DNA of 49,084 nucleotides from Hyphomicrobium sp. (lineage in GTDB: Bacteria > Pseudomonadota > Alphaproteobacteria > Rhizobiales > Hyphomicrobiaceae): assembly GCA_024230315.1 (NCBI GenBank), contig JAAERO010000054.1, positions 1 to 49,084 of the forward strand, in the 5' to 3' direction. The position numbers were made by a program, and so were the translations under genes. The stretch's first letter is position 1. Every line of letters begins with the position of its first letter. Below, one piece after another: positions 48,961-49,084 of this stretch. A model generated the notes under the pieces. That model was given only the letters and a program-made list of their open reading frames with translations. It had not been told where the DNA came from and did no database searches.

Positions 48961-49084
48961 GTCCGGTTCAATAGGAGACACCTTCGAATGCCCGGCATTC
49001 GTGGGTGTCTTGAATGAGGCGACGCATCGTGAGTGGTTGTCTTGCCACCATGTTTTCGAGACATCGCGCGACAAGGCGGCCAAC

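Overview
This is a core-chromosome segment of an alphaproteobacterium. Gene order and protein style suggest Hyphomicrobiales, possibly Hyphomicrobiaceae (inference). Order on the + strand: 3' end of lon, hupB, tRNA-Val(TAC), DUF1993, tRNA-Asp(GTC), complete nuoA-N (complex I) with extra material inserted, birA, rnj, mce, DUF1467, a structured ~550-bp spacer, proS, lolC/E, lolD, dnaE, a YkuD-type lipoprotein, rpsB, tsf, pyrH, frr, uppS, cdsA, dxr, rseP, bamA, lpxD, fabZ, lpxA, lpxI, lpxB. Then gltA and gltX on the - strand and a broken comEC-like 5' fragment at the right edge. I see no CRISPR array, prophage, integrase, intact transposase or defence system, and no clear new multi-gene system. 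The best second-look items are: (1) a fluoroacetyl-CoA thioesterase (FlK)-like gene coupled between nuoC and nuoD, one of several passengers in the nuo operon; (2) an LpxI with a second, degenerate copy of its C-terminal domain; (3) a 109-bp IS5-type MITE with a CTAA target duplication behind hupB; (4) a candidate sRNA or small-ORF locus upstream of proS; (5) motifs shared by the nuoA and proS upstream regions. Family assignments come from motif recognition, not database searches.
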